Virus record (IMG/VR): IMGVR_UViG_3300008114_000011 | Direction: 5' to 3' (one strand) | DNA: 64,000 bases | From: a virus | Taxonomy: Duplodnaviria; Heunggongvirae; Uroviricota; Caudoviricetes | Shown here: positions 36,204-46,404 of the stretch, one piece after another | Layout of the letters: each line of letters starts with the position of its first letter | Position numbering within the stretch: the stretch's first letter is position 1 | Program-made: the position numbers and the translations under genes | The notes under the pieces: generated by a model | The model's database searches: none | What the model saw: the letters and a program-made list of their open reading frames with translations, nothing else | Told to the model about the DNA's origin: nothing

Positions 36204-37002
36204 ATAAATCTGTTATTTCAATTTTAAATTTCTGATAAGTTTCATCACTTATACCTAATTTTTCTAACCAATTCTTAAAGTATTGATCTAATTCATTACT
36301 TCTCGGATGTGTTCCTAAATGATAAAGTTCAAAATCTTTTCTATTTTGAATTTTATCAGCGATCAACATATCATTTACATCTTTTAAAGGAGATAATCTA
36401 ATTTCTTCTAAAGAATTAATCTCTCTTTTAGATAAGTATTCATTTGCTACTGAACGATATTCTGTTAAAGCAATTATAGTCTTTGTATCAAATTCCTTTA
36501 ATTGGTCATAGTTTTGTTTTAATGCCTCATCACTTTGAATAATAGGGTGTAACATATAAGCCTTTTTAGCTGTTTCTGATGCTCCTATTTTTTCTAAAAT
36601 ATAAAGACCTTCATCTATGTGGTTCATTAAGTAAACACCACTACGAGTTGCCTTTTGATCACCATAAAATTGTGATATTGTTTTGTATTCTTTCGTATCT
36701 TCAAAATCTACTTCTACGAATGGTATATCATTCTTTTTTAAGTAATCTGAAATGTTACAATCAGTTGACGTTATAATTTTATTTGTTATCCACTCTTTGT
36801 AAATTCCTTTACCTCGGTACCCATCTAATATATAAATTGATTGGTATGGTAGTCCACCTTTAATAAAATAAGCAATAACAACACCTTCATCCGGAGTTAT
36901 TATTTCATTTAATGAAAAACCAAATCGTAACAATTGTTTAGCTCTCGCCATAAAATATTCAATTGCTTCATCAGTTGTTTTAGCGTCGTGGTTAAATCTC
37001 AT
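36190..37002 (-). CDS. hypothetical protein (270 aa)
   Basis: long ORF; no motif recognised. Confidence 0.5.
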   Translation of the reverse strand: MRFNHDAKTTDEAIEYFMARAKQLLRFGFSLNEIITPDEGVVIAYFIKGGLPYQSIYILDGYRGKGIYKEWITNKIITSTDCNISDYLKKNDIPFVEVDFEDTKEYKTISQFYGDQKATRSGVYLMNHIDEGLYILEKIGASETAKKAYMLHPIIQSDEALKQNYDQLKEFDTKTIIALTEYRSVANEYLSKREINSLEEIRLSPLKDVNDMLIADKIQNRKDFELYHLGTHPRSNELDQYFKNWLEKLGISDETYQKFKIEITDLYETC

Positions 37003-37423
37003 TTATAATTTGTTTTAGTTTTAATTCTCTATTCCAAGAAACAGACTCTTCTATTATCCCCTCTGATATTAGTATATCAATTTTTTCAATAAAAGGTTTT
37101 TTATCAAAGAATGTTCCAATGGTTCTCACACCATCACCATCATATGACTTTATAGTAGGATTTATGATATTGATATTATCAACATCTTTGGTATGTTCTT
37201 TTGTTTTTATTTCACCTGATTCATCTTTATAAAGATTTTGTTCTGAATAGATAACTCTTCTTAATATAAAGACTTCCTCTGATTTAGAAGAATAATTACT
37301 ATTCCAGAATCCACTTTCAATGAAAAATGAATCTCCATTTTCTAAATGAATACCATAATCAACCTTTTCTTTATTATGAAAAGAAAGTTCTATACTTTTA
37401 ATAACTTTATATGCTTTTAACAT
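36992..37423 (-). CDS. hypothetical protein
   Basis: ORF. Confidence 0.45.
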   Translation of the reverse strand: MLKAYKVIKSIELSFHNKEKVDYGIHLENGDSFFIESGFWNSNYSSKSEEVFILRRVIYSEQNLYKDESGEIKTKEHTKDVDNINIINPTIKSYDGDGVRTIGTFFDKKPFIEKIDILISEGIIEESVSWNRELKLKQIINEI

Positions 37424-37561
37424 TAGTTATAATAAGTTAAATCATAGATAAGTGCGTCTAAAGCAATCGCTTTTGTCATAAGTTTTATTAGTTCTGTGTC
37501 AAAGTAGTCTTCGTACTGGTTCATGATTTTTATTTTTATATAAATATAGTTATTTTAAATT

Positions 37562-37590
37562 AAAAAAGAGGTCTGTGACCTCTTTTTTTT
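37562..37590. terminator. bidirectional terminator hairpin
   Basis: AAAAAAGAGGTC-TGT-GACCTCTTTTTTTT, immediately 3' of minus-strand gene 37589..38272. Confidence 0.55.
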
Positions 37591-38272
37591 ATGAGTTAAT
37601 CATATAACTTGCTAAGTTTTTCCAAGTATCTGGGTAACAACATCTGATTTTTGAAATCATAATTAATGTTCTCATATTCAACTCACACTTATCTTTGTTA
37701 AGATCTAAGAAGTTTAATGCTTCTTCTTTTACTTTAATGTCATAGTCTGGTAAGATATTTGGTAGGATAAATTTCATACGTTGTATCTTTTCAGATGGAG
37801 TCATTGACAAGTCAACAGTTAAAGATCTTGATAAAACTGCTTGATCAATACTAGACTTATTTTTATTTGAAATAAAGATGATATTACCTGTAAACTTAAA
37901 TTGTTGTGGGTATTCATCACTCTTATTCATTTTAGCCATCCAAGAAATTTCACGAGTATCATAAGAGTCAAGTGCTGACTTTAAGATATTAACAGCAACT
38001 CTATCATCTAGTACTGAGTCACAATCGTCAAAAATAATCAACTTACCATTGTTATCGTAAAGAGTATTATAAAGACCTCTTGCTGTTGAGTAACCTTTAA
38101 AGAAAACATAATCATCTGGTTGTAAACCACTCTCATTAATAGATTCTTTAACTGTATGAGTTTTACCTAAACCACCTTCACCAGTTACTAAGATAGAAGG
38201 AGTTATACCAGCTACTACCATTGAGGTTAAGTCTTGTAAGAAATTAAATTTTTGATTGATGTCGTATACCAT
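37589..38272 (-). CDS. P-loop NTPase (AAA-like ATPase)
   Basis: Walker A LVTGEGGLGKTHT, Walker B LIIFDDCD. Confidence 0.6.
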   Translation of the reverse strand: MVYDINQKFNFLQDLTSMVVAGITPSILVTGEGGLGKTHTVKESINESGLQPDDYVFFKGYSTARGLYNTLYDNNGKLIIFDDCDSVLDDRVAVNILKSALDSYDTREISWMAKMNKSDEYPQQFKFTGNIIFISNKNKSSIDQAVLSRSLTVDLSMTPSEKIQRMKFILPNILPDYDIKVKEEALNFLDLNKDKCELNMRTLIMISKIRCCYPDTWKNLASYMINS

Positions 38273-38315
38273 TTTTCTCAGATTTTGTTTAACAAATATA
38301 GTGAAAAATGTTTAT

Positions 38316-38507
38316 TTAATTCGTGTATTTTGGTTTTTTTCTAAATTTTTTTGTTCTTCTACCACTTGAACATTTTTTTCTTACCTTATGAACTTCGTGA
38401 AACATTTTGATAGAATCTTCTTTTCTATCATTCATTCTTTGTTGGTATATATTGTAATTATTACAAGAAGTTAAAATTAATACTATTATAATTAATACTA
38501 TTTTCAT
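38316..38507 (-). CDS. small putative lipoprotein (MKIVLIIIVLILTSCNN)
   Basis: signal peptide with lipobox-like TSC. Confidence 0.35.
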   Translation of the reverse strand: MKIVLIIIVLILTSCNNYNIYQQRMNDRKEDSIKMFHEVHKVRKKCSSGRRTKKFRKKPKYTN

Positions 38508-38854
38508 ACTAAATCATCTAAATTTTTTCTTCTTCTATATTTCTTTTTTGATTCTTCTAATTGTTTATCAGCGTTTCTATAATCAGCACTCTTAAATATT
38601 AATAAAGTAGCATCATTAAGATTTTCTTTTATACAATCATCACATATAGCAATAATGAATTGGTCCATATCATGGACAGATCCGTATCCAGCATCAATTA
38701 TATGTATAATACCATTATTGATCATTTCATTATTGATGGTTAATCTTCTACCTTGTTTCTCAACAGATCTCCAAAGTAAATCTTCTTCGGTTTCATCAAG
38801 ATTTTTATCAATAAATGGTGATACATTATTTTTCTTACAACAGATACAATACAT
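38504..38854 (-). CDS. hypothetical Cys-containing protein
   Basis: ORF. Confidence 0.4.
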   Translation of the reverse strand: MYCICCKKNNVSPFIDKNLDETEEDLLWRSVEKQGRRLTINNEMINNGIIHIIDAGYGSVHDMDQFIIAICDDCIKENLNDATLLIFKSADYRNADKQLEESKKKYRRRKNLDDLV

Positions 38855-39060
38855 TACTTTTTCTTTTTAAGTTTTTTTGTGAATTCAACCATTGAAATAC
38901 AAATATCATTCACACCTTTAATATAATCTGTTTCTTCACAATCGTTGTGATGACACCATTGATAGTTTCTATAAACATGATACCTTAATTTTTCAATTAC
39001 TTTATCAAGCTTATCATTTTTCTTTTTTAATTTATTCTTTTTTTTCTTGTCTTTTTTCAT
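38854..39060 (-). CDS. hypothetical Lys-rich small protein
   Basis: ORF. Confidence 0.35.
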   Translation of the reverse strand: MKKDKKKKNKLKKKNDKLDKVIEKLRYHVYRNYQWCHHNDCEETDYIKGVNDICISMVEFTKKLKKKK

Positions 39061-39128
39061 ACAACATATTTAGTGTAAAATTAAATAAAGTTTTTTAAAA
39101 TTCATATCGATTTAAAAAAAATATTTTT

Positions 39129-39136
39129 TATATTTG
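39129..39136 (+). promoter_or_regulatory. Bacteroidetes-type -7 box TAnnTTTG
   Basis: TATATTTG upstream of 39153. Confidence 0.4.
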
Positions 39137-39152
39137 TCAAAAATTGTATTAA

Positions 39153-39794
39153 ATGAGTAAGATTTGGAAAATAACAAGTAAGAAGTATTATGGTCAGAAT
39201 AACCAATATACTTACAACAACATAACATATGTTTATAGCGAGAAAAAACTAAATCAAGAGTTAAAAAAGTCAACAGAGGGTACAGTTGAAGTTTTTGAAT
39301 TAACCAAAACTTTTGATATCGCAGCTCATTTATCTTCTTTAGTTAGAGATAATCAACTAGATAGTTTACTTTGTGTTGATGATGAAAAATCAATTCTTCA
39401 CTCTAAATTTATTGAGTTATTAGAAAGTGCTAACACACCTAATAGAGAATATGATAGACGTTATCTCAACTCTCTTAAAAAAGAATGGGACTTCTTAAAG
39501 AAAAGTGATGAACCAGCACTTAAAAAGTTTTTTGCGAAATATAGAACTTACTTATTACATTATGCTAATGATAGTGTTGAGTGGTATCAAACACTTTTAA
39601 GTATTTACAATTTTGCTGATATAAAACCAATTTATACTTCAAATTGGACTTATAATAGAGTAACTAACCGACATGAAAGTGTTAAAAAGTTAGTTCTTGA
39701 TTTAACAGAAGATCAAAAAACCAATTTTGCTGAAGCCAAGAAAGTAGTAAGTGCTGAGAAAAAGGCTAAAAAGAAACTTAAATTACAAAAGTAA
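39153..39794 (+). CDS. hypothetical protein with Lys-rich C-terminus
   Basis: ORF; TAnnTTTG box at 39129. Confidence 0.45.
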   Translation: MSKIWKITSKKYYGQNNQYTYNNITYVYSEKKLNQELKKSTEGTVEVFELTKTFDIAAHLSSLVRDNQLDSLLCVDDEKSILHSKFIELLESANTPNREYDRRYLNSLKKEWDFLKKSDEPALKKFFAKYRTYLLHYANDSVEWYQTLLSIYNFADIKPIYTSNWTYNRVTNRHESVKKLVLDLTEDQKTNFAEAKKVVSAEKKAKKKLKLQK

Positions 39795-40057
39795 TGAAAC
39801 TATTTCTACTTAGATGTTACCTAATAATTCTACATTTATTTGATTTAAACCTTTTTTATTTCTTCACAAAATATATATTAGGTGTAGATTTAATTTTTGG
39901 TAATATACCACTAGTTTTCAAATTATTAATGTTATACATAATGTATAATATGATTAAGTGGATTATTAAAAAAAGTGAATTAGATCAAACATTCGAATCA
40001 TTAATAGAAAAAGAACTATCTAAAAATGATATACAAGATAGAAATAGAGATAAATAA
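39794..40057 (+). CDS. small membrane protein
   Basis: ORF; hydrophobic. Confidence 0.3.
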   Translation: MKLFLLRCYLIILHLFDLNLFYFFTKYILGVDLIFGNIPLVFKLLMLYIMYNMIKWIIKKSELDQTFESLIEKELSKNDIQDRNRDK

Positions 40058-40526
40058 AACCACTTTTTTGTCTGGTGATAGATGGGGTAATAACTTAACA
40101 AAAGTTATTGAATCTATTTATCACCAAACTAATAGTTTGATGTTACATTCATATTCAAGTCAAGAAACTTGGGGCAATAGTTATTGTTTAAAAAACATTA
40201 AAAAGTTTAATTTAGACAGATTGAAACACAAAAGAGTTTTCATTAGAGATTTAAGAATGTTTCACGAAGAAGATGGTGGTAGATTTCTAAAAGAAGAAAC
40301 AAGTGAGTTTTTAAAACATTTTACAGGTGATGTAGATATTTATCTACCTTTTTATCATAATCAACATTATCATGAGAATAAATGGATTACTAAGTTGGGA
40401 GATTTCTTTTCTTATGTAGAAGAAAACTTCGATGTGAAAGACTTTATCAAATTTTCTGATAATGATGCTTACTCCACCATTTCAAAAAACATAATTAGAG
40501 ATATTAAACTAAGTGATTTAATCTAA
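40026..40526 (+). CDS. hypothetical protein with RDIKLSDLI tail variant
   Basis: ORF. Confidence 0.5.
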   Translation: MIYKIEIEINKTTFLSGDRWGNNLTKVIESIYHQTNSLMLHSYSSQETWGNSYCLKNIKKFNLDRLKHKRVFIRDLRMFHEEDGGRFLKEETSEFLKHFTGDVDIYLPFYHNQHYHENKWITKLGDFFSYVEENFDVKDFIKFSDNDAYSTISKNIIRDIKLSDLI

Positions 40527-41150
40527 AGAGTTTCTTAACCAATCAACCTTTGATTCGTGTACTAACAAACAAGGACTTGATGTGAAAAACTCAACACCTC
40601 CACGTAAATTAGCTTTATCTAATTTAGATAAGTCTTCTAAAGGAACTTTAAAATCTGGAGTATAATTAACCATTATAAAATTATCTTTACTAATTTGTTT
40701 TCTACCAACTAATTCACTTCCACCAGGTCTATCATTAGATAAAGCCCATAAGTCAACAATTGGACAAAAAACAATTTCTGAATTATCATAAGGTATAACT
40801 AAGAACATATCACTATCAACTAAAAATTTCAGTGTATCAAGATTGGTACCACCAATCAACGAATTCTTTCTTTTAACTGGGAAATTAGGATCATCAGCTA
40901 TGTCATTAAAAAATTTAGGAAATGCAACTGGTCTAGCATTACGAGGACTTGGTTGAAATAATTGTAAATCAGACTTACTAACTTTATTTTTACCTCTCCA
41001 CAACAAATCATTACTAAATGAGAAGTTTTTACAATTTTGTCTTAATAAGTCTAAGAATTCCTGTTCGTTAAGATCTTTACATCTTTCTATTCTTTCTAAA
41101 TTTGTATCAACACCAGCAATACTCTCTTTAAATGATTTTAAATATTTCAT
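40518..41150 (-). CDS. hypothetical protein with MKYLKSFKES N-terminus
   Basis: ORF; shared N-terminal decapeptide. Confidence 0.5.
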   Translation of the reverse strand: MKYLKSFKESIAGVDTNLERIERCKDLNEQEFLDLLRQNCKNFSFSNDLLWRGKNKVSKSDLQLFQPSPRNARPVAFPKFFNDIADDPNFPVKRKNSLIGGTNLDTLKFLVDSDMFLVIPYDNSEIVFCPIVDLWALSNDRPGGSELVGRKQISKDNFIMVNYTPDFKVPLEDLSKLDKANLRGGVEFFTSSPCLLVHESKVDWLRNSLD

Positions 41151-41331
41151 AGATTATATATTAAACTTTTAGCTTTATTTTATTATATTTGTAATGTACC
41201 TTCTGGTAGTTATATAATACTTGATATATAAAATGATTATAACTTTACAGAGACCAACCGAAGAGGAACCGAACAGCAACAAGAATATAGAAGTGGTGTT
41301 GTGGGTACATTTTTAATAAATAAATTTAAAT

Positions 41332-41820
41332 ATGAAGATTTTGATTCTTGGTAACATGAGGTCTGGAAAAGACACACTCGCTGAATTATTAAATGAGTAT
41401 TTCGGAATGACTTACAGATCTTCATCCGAAATGGCAAATGAGCTATTCATTTACGACACAATTAAAGATGAATATGGTTACCAATCAATCGAAGAGTGTT
41501 TTGAAGATAGAGTAAACCATAGAAGTTTATGGTATAAACTTATCTGTTTCTTCAACAAAGAAGATAAAGCCAAGTTAGCAAAAGCCATCTTGAAAGAAAA
41601 TGATTGTTATGTTGGAATGAGAGATTTAGAAGAGTTTGAAGCGTCTAAACATCTTTTTGATATAATCATATGGGTTGATGCTTCAAAGCGTCTTGGTAAC
41701 TCTGAAATCACAAATAAAATATCAATCGAAGATGCTCATATTGTTGTACATAATAATGGTACATTTGAAGAGTTTCAAGAAAAAGCAAAAGTAATCGGTA
41801 AATTATTGTTTAAAAAATGA
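41332..41820 (+). CDS. deoxynucleoside monophosphate kinase-like (T4 Dnk-like P-loop kinase)
   Basis: MKILILGNMRSGKDTLAELL resembles T4 gp1 MKLIFLSGVKRSGKDTTADF; C-terminus HIVVHNNGTFEEFQEK resembles T4 LVITNDGSLEELFSK. Confidence 0.6.
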   Translation: MKILILGNMRSGKDTLAELLNEYFGMTYRSSSEMANELFIYDTIKDEYGYQSIEECFEDRVNHRSLWYKLICFFNKEDKAKLAKAILKENDCYVGMRDLEEFEASKHLFDIIIWVDASKRLGNSEITNKISIEDAHIVVHNNGTFEEFQEKAKVIGKLLFKK

Positions 41821-42071
41821 AGATTGATATCGATGTAATGAGGAAGATACTAATTATCTTAAAAGAAGAAAACACAGCAAATGTAAATGATATTTGGTTT
41901 GATGATTGTGTTGAGGTTATTAGACTTAGAGAAATCCACGTAGAAATGTTATCAGTTGATTTATTCCACCCGGAACGCAGAATAATGGGTAATTTTTATT
42001 TCGGTAAATGTAGAGTTAATGAGGTTTTAAGAAAAGAAAGAGAAAATAAATTAAATGAGTTAGGTATTTAA
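41817..42071 (+). CDS. small protein with RENKLNELGI tail
   Basis: family tail. Confidence 0.6.
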   Translation: MKIDIDVMRKILIILKEENTANVNDIWFDDCVEVIRLREIHVEMLSVDLFHPERRIMGNFYFGKCRVNEVLRKERENKLNELGI

Positions 42072-42103
42072 AATATTTTTATTATCTTTACAAAAAAAAC
42101 AAT

Positions 42104-42394
42104 ATGATATTTAGATTTTTAATCGCATTTGTTCCACTTATTATAGTCATGATTATGATCTATAAGGTATTGGAAAAACCAAAGAAAGTACGTGAACCCA
42201 GTAAGTTTATGACTTTAATCAACAAACCTTTTTTTAAAATACCGATTGGTATTATTATTTCACTAATCTCAATCTTATTAGCTCTGAGATTTGCGAAAGT
42301 CTTACCACTTGTTGGTAAAATCGCGGTGATTGGATTAGAATTCACAATCATCTATTTAGTAGTAAATTATTTAATAATCAATAAACAAAAATAA
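42104..42394 (+). CDS. small membrane protein (3 TM)
   Basis: hydrophobic. Confidence 0.4.
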   Translation: MIFRFLIAFVPLIIVMIMIYKVLEKPKKVREPSKFMTLINKPFFKIPIGIIISLISILLALRFAKVLPLVGKIAVIGLEFTIIYLVVNYLIINKQK

Positions 42395-42396
42395 AA

Positions 42397-43242
42397 ATGG
42401 AAATGACACCAAAAAACATCATTAAATTAGTAGCGATTTCTTTAGTTTCGCTTATCAGTATTATCATCTTTATCACGTCTTGGGAAGATGTAGAACAAGG
42501 TTCAGAAGGGTTCCTTTATAAACCATATAGTGGAGGTATCCAAAAAGAAGTAATCTATGACGAGGGTACTTACTTTGTAGCTCCTTGGAACGAAATGGTT
42601 ACTTACAACATTCGTCAACAATCAAAACGTGATACAACAACCGTAATGGATATCAACGGTACAGATATCACAGTTGTTTTATCAACTAACTATTCAGCGG
42701 CTAAAGGTAAAACACCTAAACTACACTTAAAACACGGACCTGGTTATATCCAAGTTATTGATGATAAAGTGAAAGGTGCTATTAAAGACGTAATTGGTCG
42801 ATATACTTACCAAGAGGTTTACTCAACTAAACGTGAAGCACTTGAAGAAGAGATTGAGGAAATCCTAAGAGAAGACTTTTCTAAAAACTTTATAACATTG
42901 AACTATGTTGAGTTAGCAGACGTAAACTTACCAGGAGCAATTGCGAATGAGATTGTTAGTAAAGAAACTCAAAAACAGCGAAACTTAACTTCTGAGTTAA
43001 AGAAAACTGAAGAGAAAAACTTAGCAGACGCTAGAATTGAAAAAGCACGTGGTGACTCTTCTTTAATCATTACAGCAACCTTTAAAGCAGAAGCAATTAA
43101 GAAAGAGGCTCAACAATTAAATAAAAACCCTCAGTATATCGAATACATTAAGTGGAAAGGATACGCTGATGGTCAAGGTTCACCTTATGGTTCTGGCAAC
43201 GTCTTTGGTTCAGGGACTACTGTGATAAAAGGAATTAAGTAA
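42397..43242 (+). CDS. SPFH/band-7 (prohibitin/HflC-like) membrane protein
   Basis: N-terminal TM then SPFH-type core and coiled-coil region. Confidence 0.65.
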   Translation: MEMTPKNIIKLVAISLVSLISIIIFITSWEDVEQGSEGFLYKPYSGGIQKEVIYDEGTYFVAPWNEMVTYNIRQQSKRDTTTVMDINGTDITVVLSTNYSAAKGKTPKLHLKHGPGYIQVIDDKVKGAIKDVIGRYTYQEVYSTKREALEEEIEEILREDFSKNFITLNYVELADVNLPGAIANEIVSKETQKQRNLTSELKKTEEKNLADARIEKARGDSSLIITATFKAEAIKKEAQQLNKNPQYIEYIKWKGYADGQGSPYGSGNVFGSGTTVIKGIK

Positions 43243-43256
43243 TAAACAGTTTAACT

Positions 43257-43289
43257 AAATGAGTCACCTAAATGGTGACTCATTTTTAT
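43257..43289 (+). terminator. rho-independent terminator
   Basis: ATGAGTCACC-TAAAT-GGTGACTCAT followed by TTTTT. Confidence 0.6.
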
Positions 43290-43300
43290 TTATAATAAAT

Positions 43301-43897
43301 ATGAATATCTTTAAAAGACTTTACAATTACTTTTTAGAAAAAGTTGAGAAACAAAAAGAAATAATTGAGGAAAAAGAAATAGAACGCAAGGTAGAAAAAG
43401 CTCTTAACAATGTATGTAAAAGTTGTAATGGTATTGGAATAGTAGATCATGAAAATGCTGAGTTTCGAACTGTTAAACATTGGTGTAACTGTAAAGTGCA
43501 TGAAAATGGTAGACCACCAGGTGATGCTTGGTCATTTGATATTAGATGGAGAGAGTGTTATAAGATGATTATAATGTCTAATTCTGAATTTGATAAACCA
43601 AACATGACATCTATTTCCGAAATTAAAACATCTCTACCAAGACCGGAACTAGTATTTGAACCTTATATAAAACTTTATATACATGAAGATAATAAAGTAG
43701 TAAAGATTGTTACATTTGAGAAAAAATATGGGTATAATAGATTCTTAGGTTTAGGAAATTATAAACCAGAAGTATCAAATACAAAAAAAGTTTTTTATTG
43801 GGATCATATTGATGTTCAATCGTGGATCACAGATGAAGATAATAAAATTTTTCTTAGTGAATTAAGAGATATTAAATTAAAAGAACTCGGAATATAG
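43301..43897 (+). CDS. hypothetical protein with CxxC..CNC zinc site and RDIKLKELGI tail (ORF-track start 43259 lies inside terminator)
   Basis: family tail; ATG at 43301. Confidence 0.55.
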   Translation: MNIFKRLYNYFLEKVEKQKEIIEEKEIERKVEKALNNVCKSCNGIGIVDHENAEFRTVKHWCNCKVHENGRPPGDAWSFDIRWRECYKMIIMSNSEFDKPNMTSISEIKTSLPRPELVFEPYIKLYIHEDNKVVKIVTFEKKYGYNRFLGLGNYKPEVSNTKKVFYWDHIDVQSWITDEDNKIFLSELRDIKLKELGI

Positions 43898-43920
43898 TTT
43901 ATTTTCCATATCTTTGTTAT

Positions 43921-44130
43921 ATGGAAAAAATAAACAAAATATTGAACAACGGCTTTAGTGATATAAAAGTATTTTATGAAAAAGTTGATGATGAATATAT
44001 TGTTTATCAAAAGTATAATTTTTTCTGGGTGAAATTTAAAAGTAAAGTTATTTCTTGTAGAAATTTTGAAACTTTAAAAGAAGTAGATAATAGATGTAAT
44101 TTAGGACTATTTGAGAAATCCTCAAAATAG
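43921..44130 (+). CDS. hypothetical small protein
   Basis: ORF. Confidence 0.35.
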   Translation: MEKINKILNNGFSDIKVFYEKVDDEYIVYQKYNFFWVKFKSKVISCRNFETLKEVDNRCNLGLFEKSSK

Positions 44131-44152
44131 ATAATTAATATCATGATGTTAC

Positions 44153-44410
44153 ATGAAAGTTAAATGTATTTCCAATCAAAAGAGATGGGGTGGGTCAGTT
44201 AGTACCTACCCTTTAGTAGTTGGTAAAGTATATAATGTTATATCAACTGGTCACGTACCATTTGTTTCGAGAAGATATGATGATTATAGTGGACCTTTCT
44301 ATAAAGTCACTAATGAAGATGGTGTAGAGGGTAATTATAGTGATGATATTATGAGACCATTAAATAAGTCTGAAATGAGAGACGAATTGTTAAAAGAGTT
44401 GGGTATATGA
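44153..44410 (+). CDS. MKVKCI-type member with RDELLKELGI tail
   Basis: family motifs. Confidence 0.65.
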   Translation: MKVKCISNQKRWGGSVSTYPLVVGKVYNVISTGHVPFVSRRYDDYSGPFYKVTNEDGVEGNYSDDIMRPLNKSEMRDELLKELGI

Positions 44411-44625
44411 TTGGAATTATTTGGGTTTGTGTTGACAATACTGCTAATGAACATAGACTAACTGTTGGTAAAAAATATACCGAGATTTTAAATAAATTTG
44501 CTGATCTTGATTGTATTTTAATAAAAGATGATAATGGTATGATATCAGAGGTTTATCAACCTGGTTTCTTTATTAAAATTGATGAATGGAGAGATAGTCA
44601 GTTAAGAAAAATTGGAATAAAATGA
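44407..44625 (+). CDS. family member (LTVGKKYTEI, EWRDSQLRKIGIK)
   Basis: family motifs. Confidence 0.65.
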   Translation: MIGIIWVCVDNTANEHRLTVGKKYTEILNKFADLDCILIKDDNGMISEVYQPGFFIKIDEWRDSQLRKIGIK

Positions 44626-44858
44626 TAAAAGTAATTTGTATAAATGAACCAGATATTTCTTATACAAGAAATAAAAAGTTAGAATTGAATAAACAATACA
44701 ACGCTAAAACCAATGAGGTTTCTTTAGGTTTTTCATATGGTATTGTTTATATGTATAAGATATTTGATGGTAATAACTATCTTGGTGAGTATTATAGACG
44801 TGATTTTCTCACTGTTGAAGAATATCGTGATAAAAAATTAGAATCAATTTTAGACTAA
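44622..44858 (+). CDS. MIKVICI-type member (tail RDKKLESILD)
   Basis: family motifs. Confidence 0.6.
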   Translation: MIKVICINEPDISYTRNKKLELNKQYNAKTNEVSLGFSYGIVYMYKIFDGNNYLGEYYRRDFLTVEEYRDKKLESILD

Positions 44859-45163
44859 TGAAATTCTTCACTGATTATAAAAATTTAAAATGTAACTATG
44901 AACAATTTGAGTTCATAAAACCTTATCTTTATGCTGATGGTTGGGATTGGTATAATGGTGATATATTCTTGTATGACGAATCAAATGAAAATATTGATGA
45001 TTATCTTGATGATTTAGTTATGATACAACCACATTATAAATATGAAGAAGATAAAAATCATAAATTCTTTATTCCTTATTATGAAGATGAAATTGAATAC
45101 TTAAAATTTGAAAAAGATGTTAAAGAAATAATCAGAGAAATTAAATTAAATGAATTATTATGA
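44858..45163 (+). CDS. acidic small protein with REIKLNELL tail
   Basis: family tail. Confidence 0.55.
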   Translation: MKFFTDYKNLKCNYEQFEFIKPYLYADGWDWYNGDIFLYDESNENIDDYLDDLVMIQPHYKYEEDKNHKFFIPYYEDEIEYLKFEKDVKEIIREIKLNELL

Positions 45164-45411
45164 GCCCGTATAAAATATCTGGTGTAGAAAGGCGAAAACT
45201 CAAAAAAGAACTTTCTGAATTAAAATACTTTGTTAAAATGTTTTGGCACTTCGAAGATATAGATAGAGTTTATGGTGGTGGTTTAACAGACAAAGAATGT
45301 GATGATTTAATAGAAGAAAAGAATAAAGAAATAGAAAAGTTAGAAAGTTTATTAAATGAACCTTCTGATCAAATAGTTAGAGATTTTAAATTAAATGAAT
45401 TAGGTATATGA
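45160..45411 (+). CDS. small protein with RDFKLNELGI tail
   Basis: family tail. Confidence 0.6.
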   Translation: MSPYKISGVERRKLKKELSELKYFVKMFWHFEDIDRVYGGGLTDKECDDLIEEKNKEIEKLESLLNEPSDQIVRDFKLNELGI

Positions 45412-46004
45412 TAGTTTTAGTATTGTTATTGATAGCATCACAAGTTTTTCTATTTGTGAAATATTCAGAGTTATTAAAAGTAAAGAAAGAAAGTGAAGAG
45501 GTTATTGAAAAGTATAAAGATGTTAAGATAGTTGCTAATATACCTGAAGAGCCTCAATATGAAGATATCGAACCTGATTATAAAACATTTTATAATTTTA
45601 TGGAGAACATAAAGTTAGAAAACTGGAAGGTAAAGATTGATGATGATTATTGTACGGATACTTATTCATATTGGACGGTTTTGATTGAGTCACATGATGG
45701 TGAATATTGTATGTATATTTCATTAAATTGTTACGATGGTAAACAAGTTGAATTTTCAACTTGTCGAATTGGTAGAACACAATTAGGTGTCGGTAATACA
45801 GAACATCATCTATACATAAAAAGTACAACAAAACACCAAATTAAGAAAGATGTTACTATATTTGCATGGGATTATATTATCAAATATTATGAAGATAAAA
45901 ATCAGAAAATATTTGATAAAATAAAAGATAATATTGATGTTATCAATAAGAGTATGAAAACATTAAATCGTAGTAATAGATTGGATGGTATTTTAAAATT
46001 TTAA
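45408..46004 (+). CDS. membrane-anchored hypothetical protein
   Basis: N-terminal TM. Confidence 0.45.
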   Translation: MIVLVLLLIASQVFLFVKYSELLKVKKESEEVIEKYKDVKIVANIPEEPQYEDIEPDYKTFYNFMENIKLENWKVKIDDDYCTDTYSYWTVLIESHDGEYCMYISLNCYDGKQVEFSTCRIGRTQLGVGNTEHHLYIKSTTKHQIKKDVTIFAWDYIIKYYEDKNQKIFDKIKDNIDVINKSMKTLNRSNRLDGILKF

Positions 46005-46006
46005 TT

Positions 46007-46366
46007 ATGAATATTAAAATAGGAGAACGAGAATACAAAACCATGGATATGCTTGGGAAAGCATCAGAATTAAAAAAAGCCGGAACTGTTGTACTTCATC
46101 TTTATGATTGTGTTGAAGATGATTTAAATTACTTAAAATCATTTCCGGAAATTGATAAAATGGTGTGTATGAAAAGACATTACACTTGGGTATTCTTGAA
46201 TTGTGAGATTCAGACTTTACATTTCGCTCCTGCGAGATGGAGTTATAATCATGAACACAAAGATTTAATTGTTACTTTTAAATTCAAAGATATAGTTGGC
46301 TCACATAGTGATGAATTGGTAAAAGGTAAAATCAGAGATAAAAAATTAAAAGAATTATTAAAATAA
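46007..46366 (+). CDS. small protein with RDKKLKELLK tail
   Basis: family tail. Confidence 0.55.
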   Translation: MNIKIGEREYKTMDMLGKASELKKAGTVVLHLYDCVEDDLNYLKSFPEIDKMVCMKRHYTWVFLNCEIQTLHFAPARWSYNHEHKDLIVTFKFKDIVGSHSDELVKGKIRDKKLKELLK

Positions 46367-46404
46367 TTTCCCGTCTGAGGGAGTAAGTTTTTTATATATA
46401 GATA

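Noticed and set aside
36579-36776. Plus-strand ORF inside minus-strand gene 36190..37002; similarly 38655..38870 (+), 42160..42351 (-), 43816..44010 (-), 45598..45831 (-), 46713..46928 (-), 51177..51371 (-), 54450..54647 (-), 54890..55084 (-), 61771..62064 (+), 62978..63163 (+), 7853..8044 (-), 13575..13781 (-), 16397..16594 (-), 21843..22133 (-)
   Set aside because: Each is nested antisense or out-of-frame within a better-supported gene, and no motif was seen in any of them.
46367-46395. Possible terminator TCCC-GTCTGA-GGGA after 46007..46366
   Set aside because: The stem is only 4 bp with a 6-nt loop and a weak T-run.
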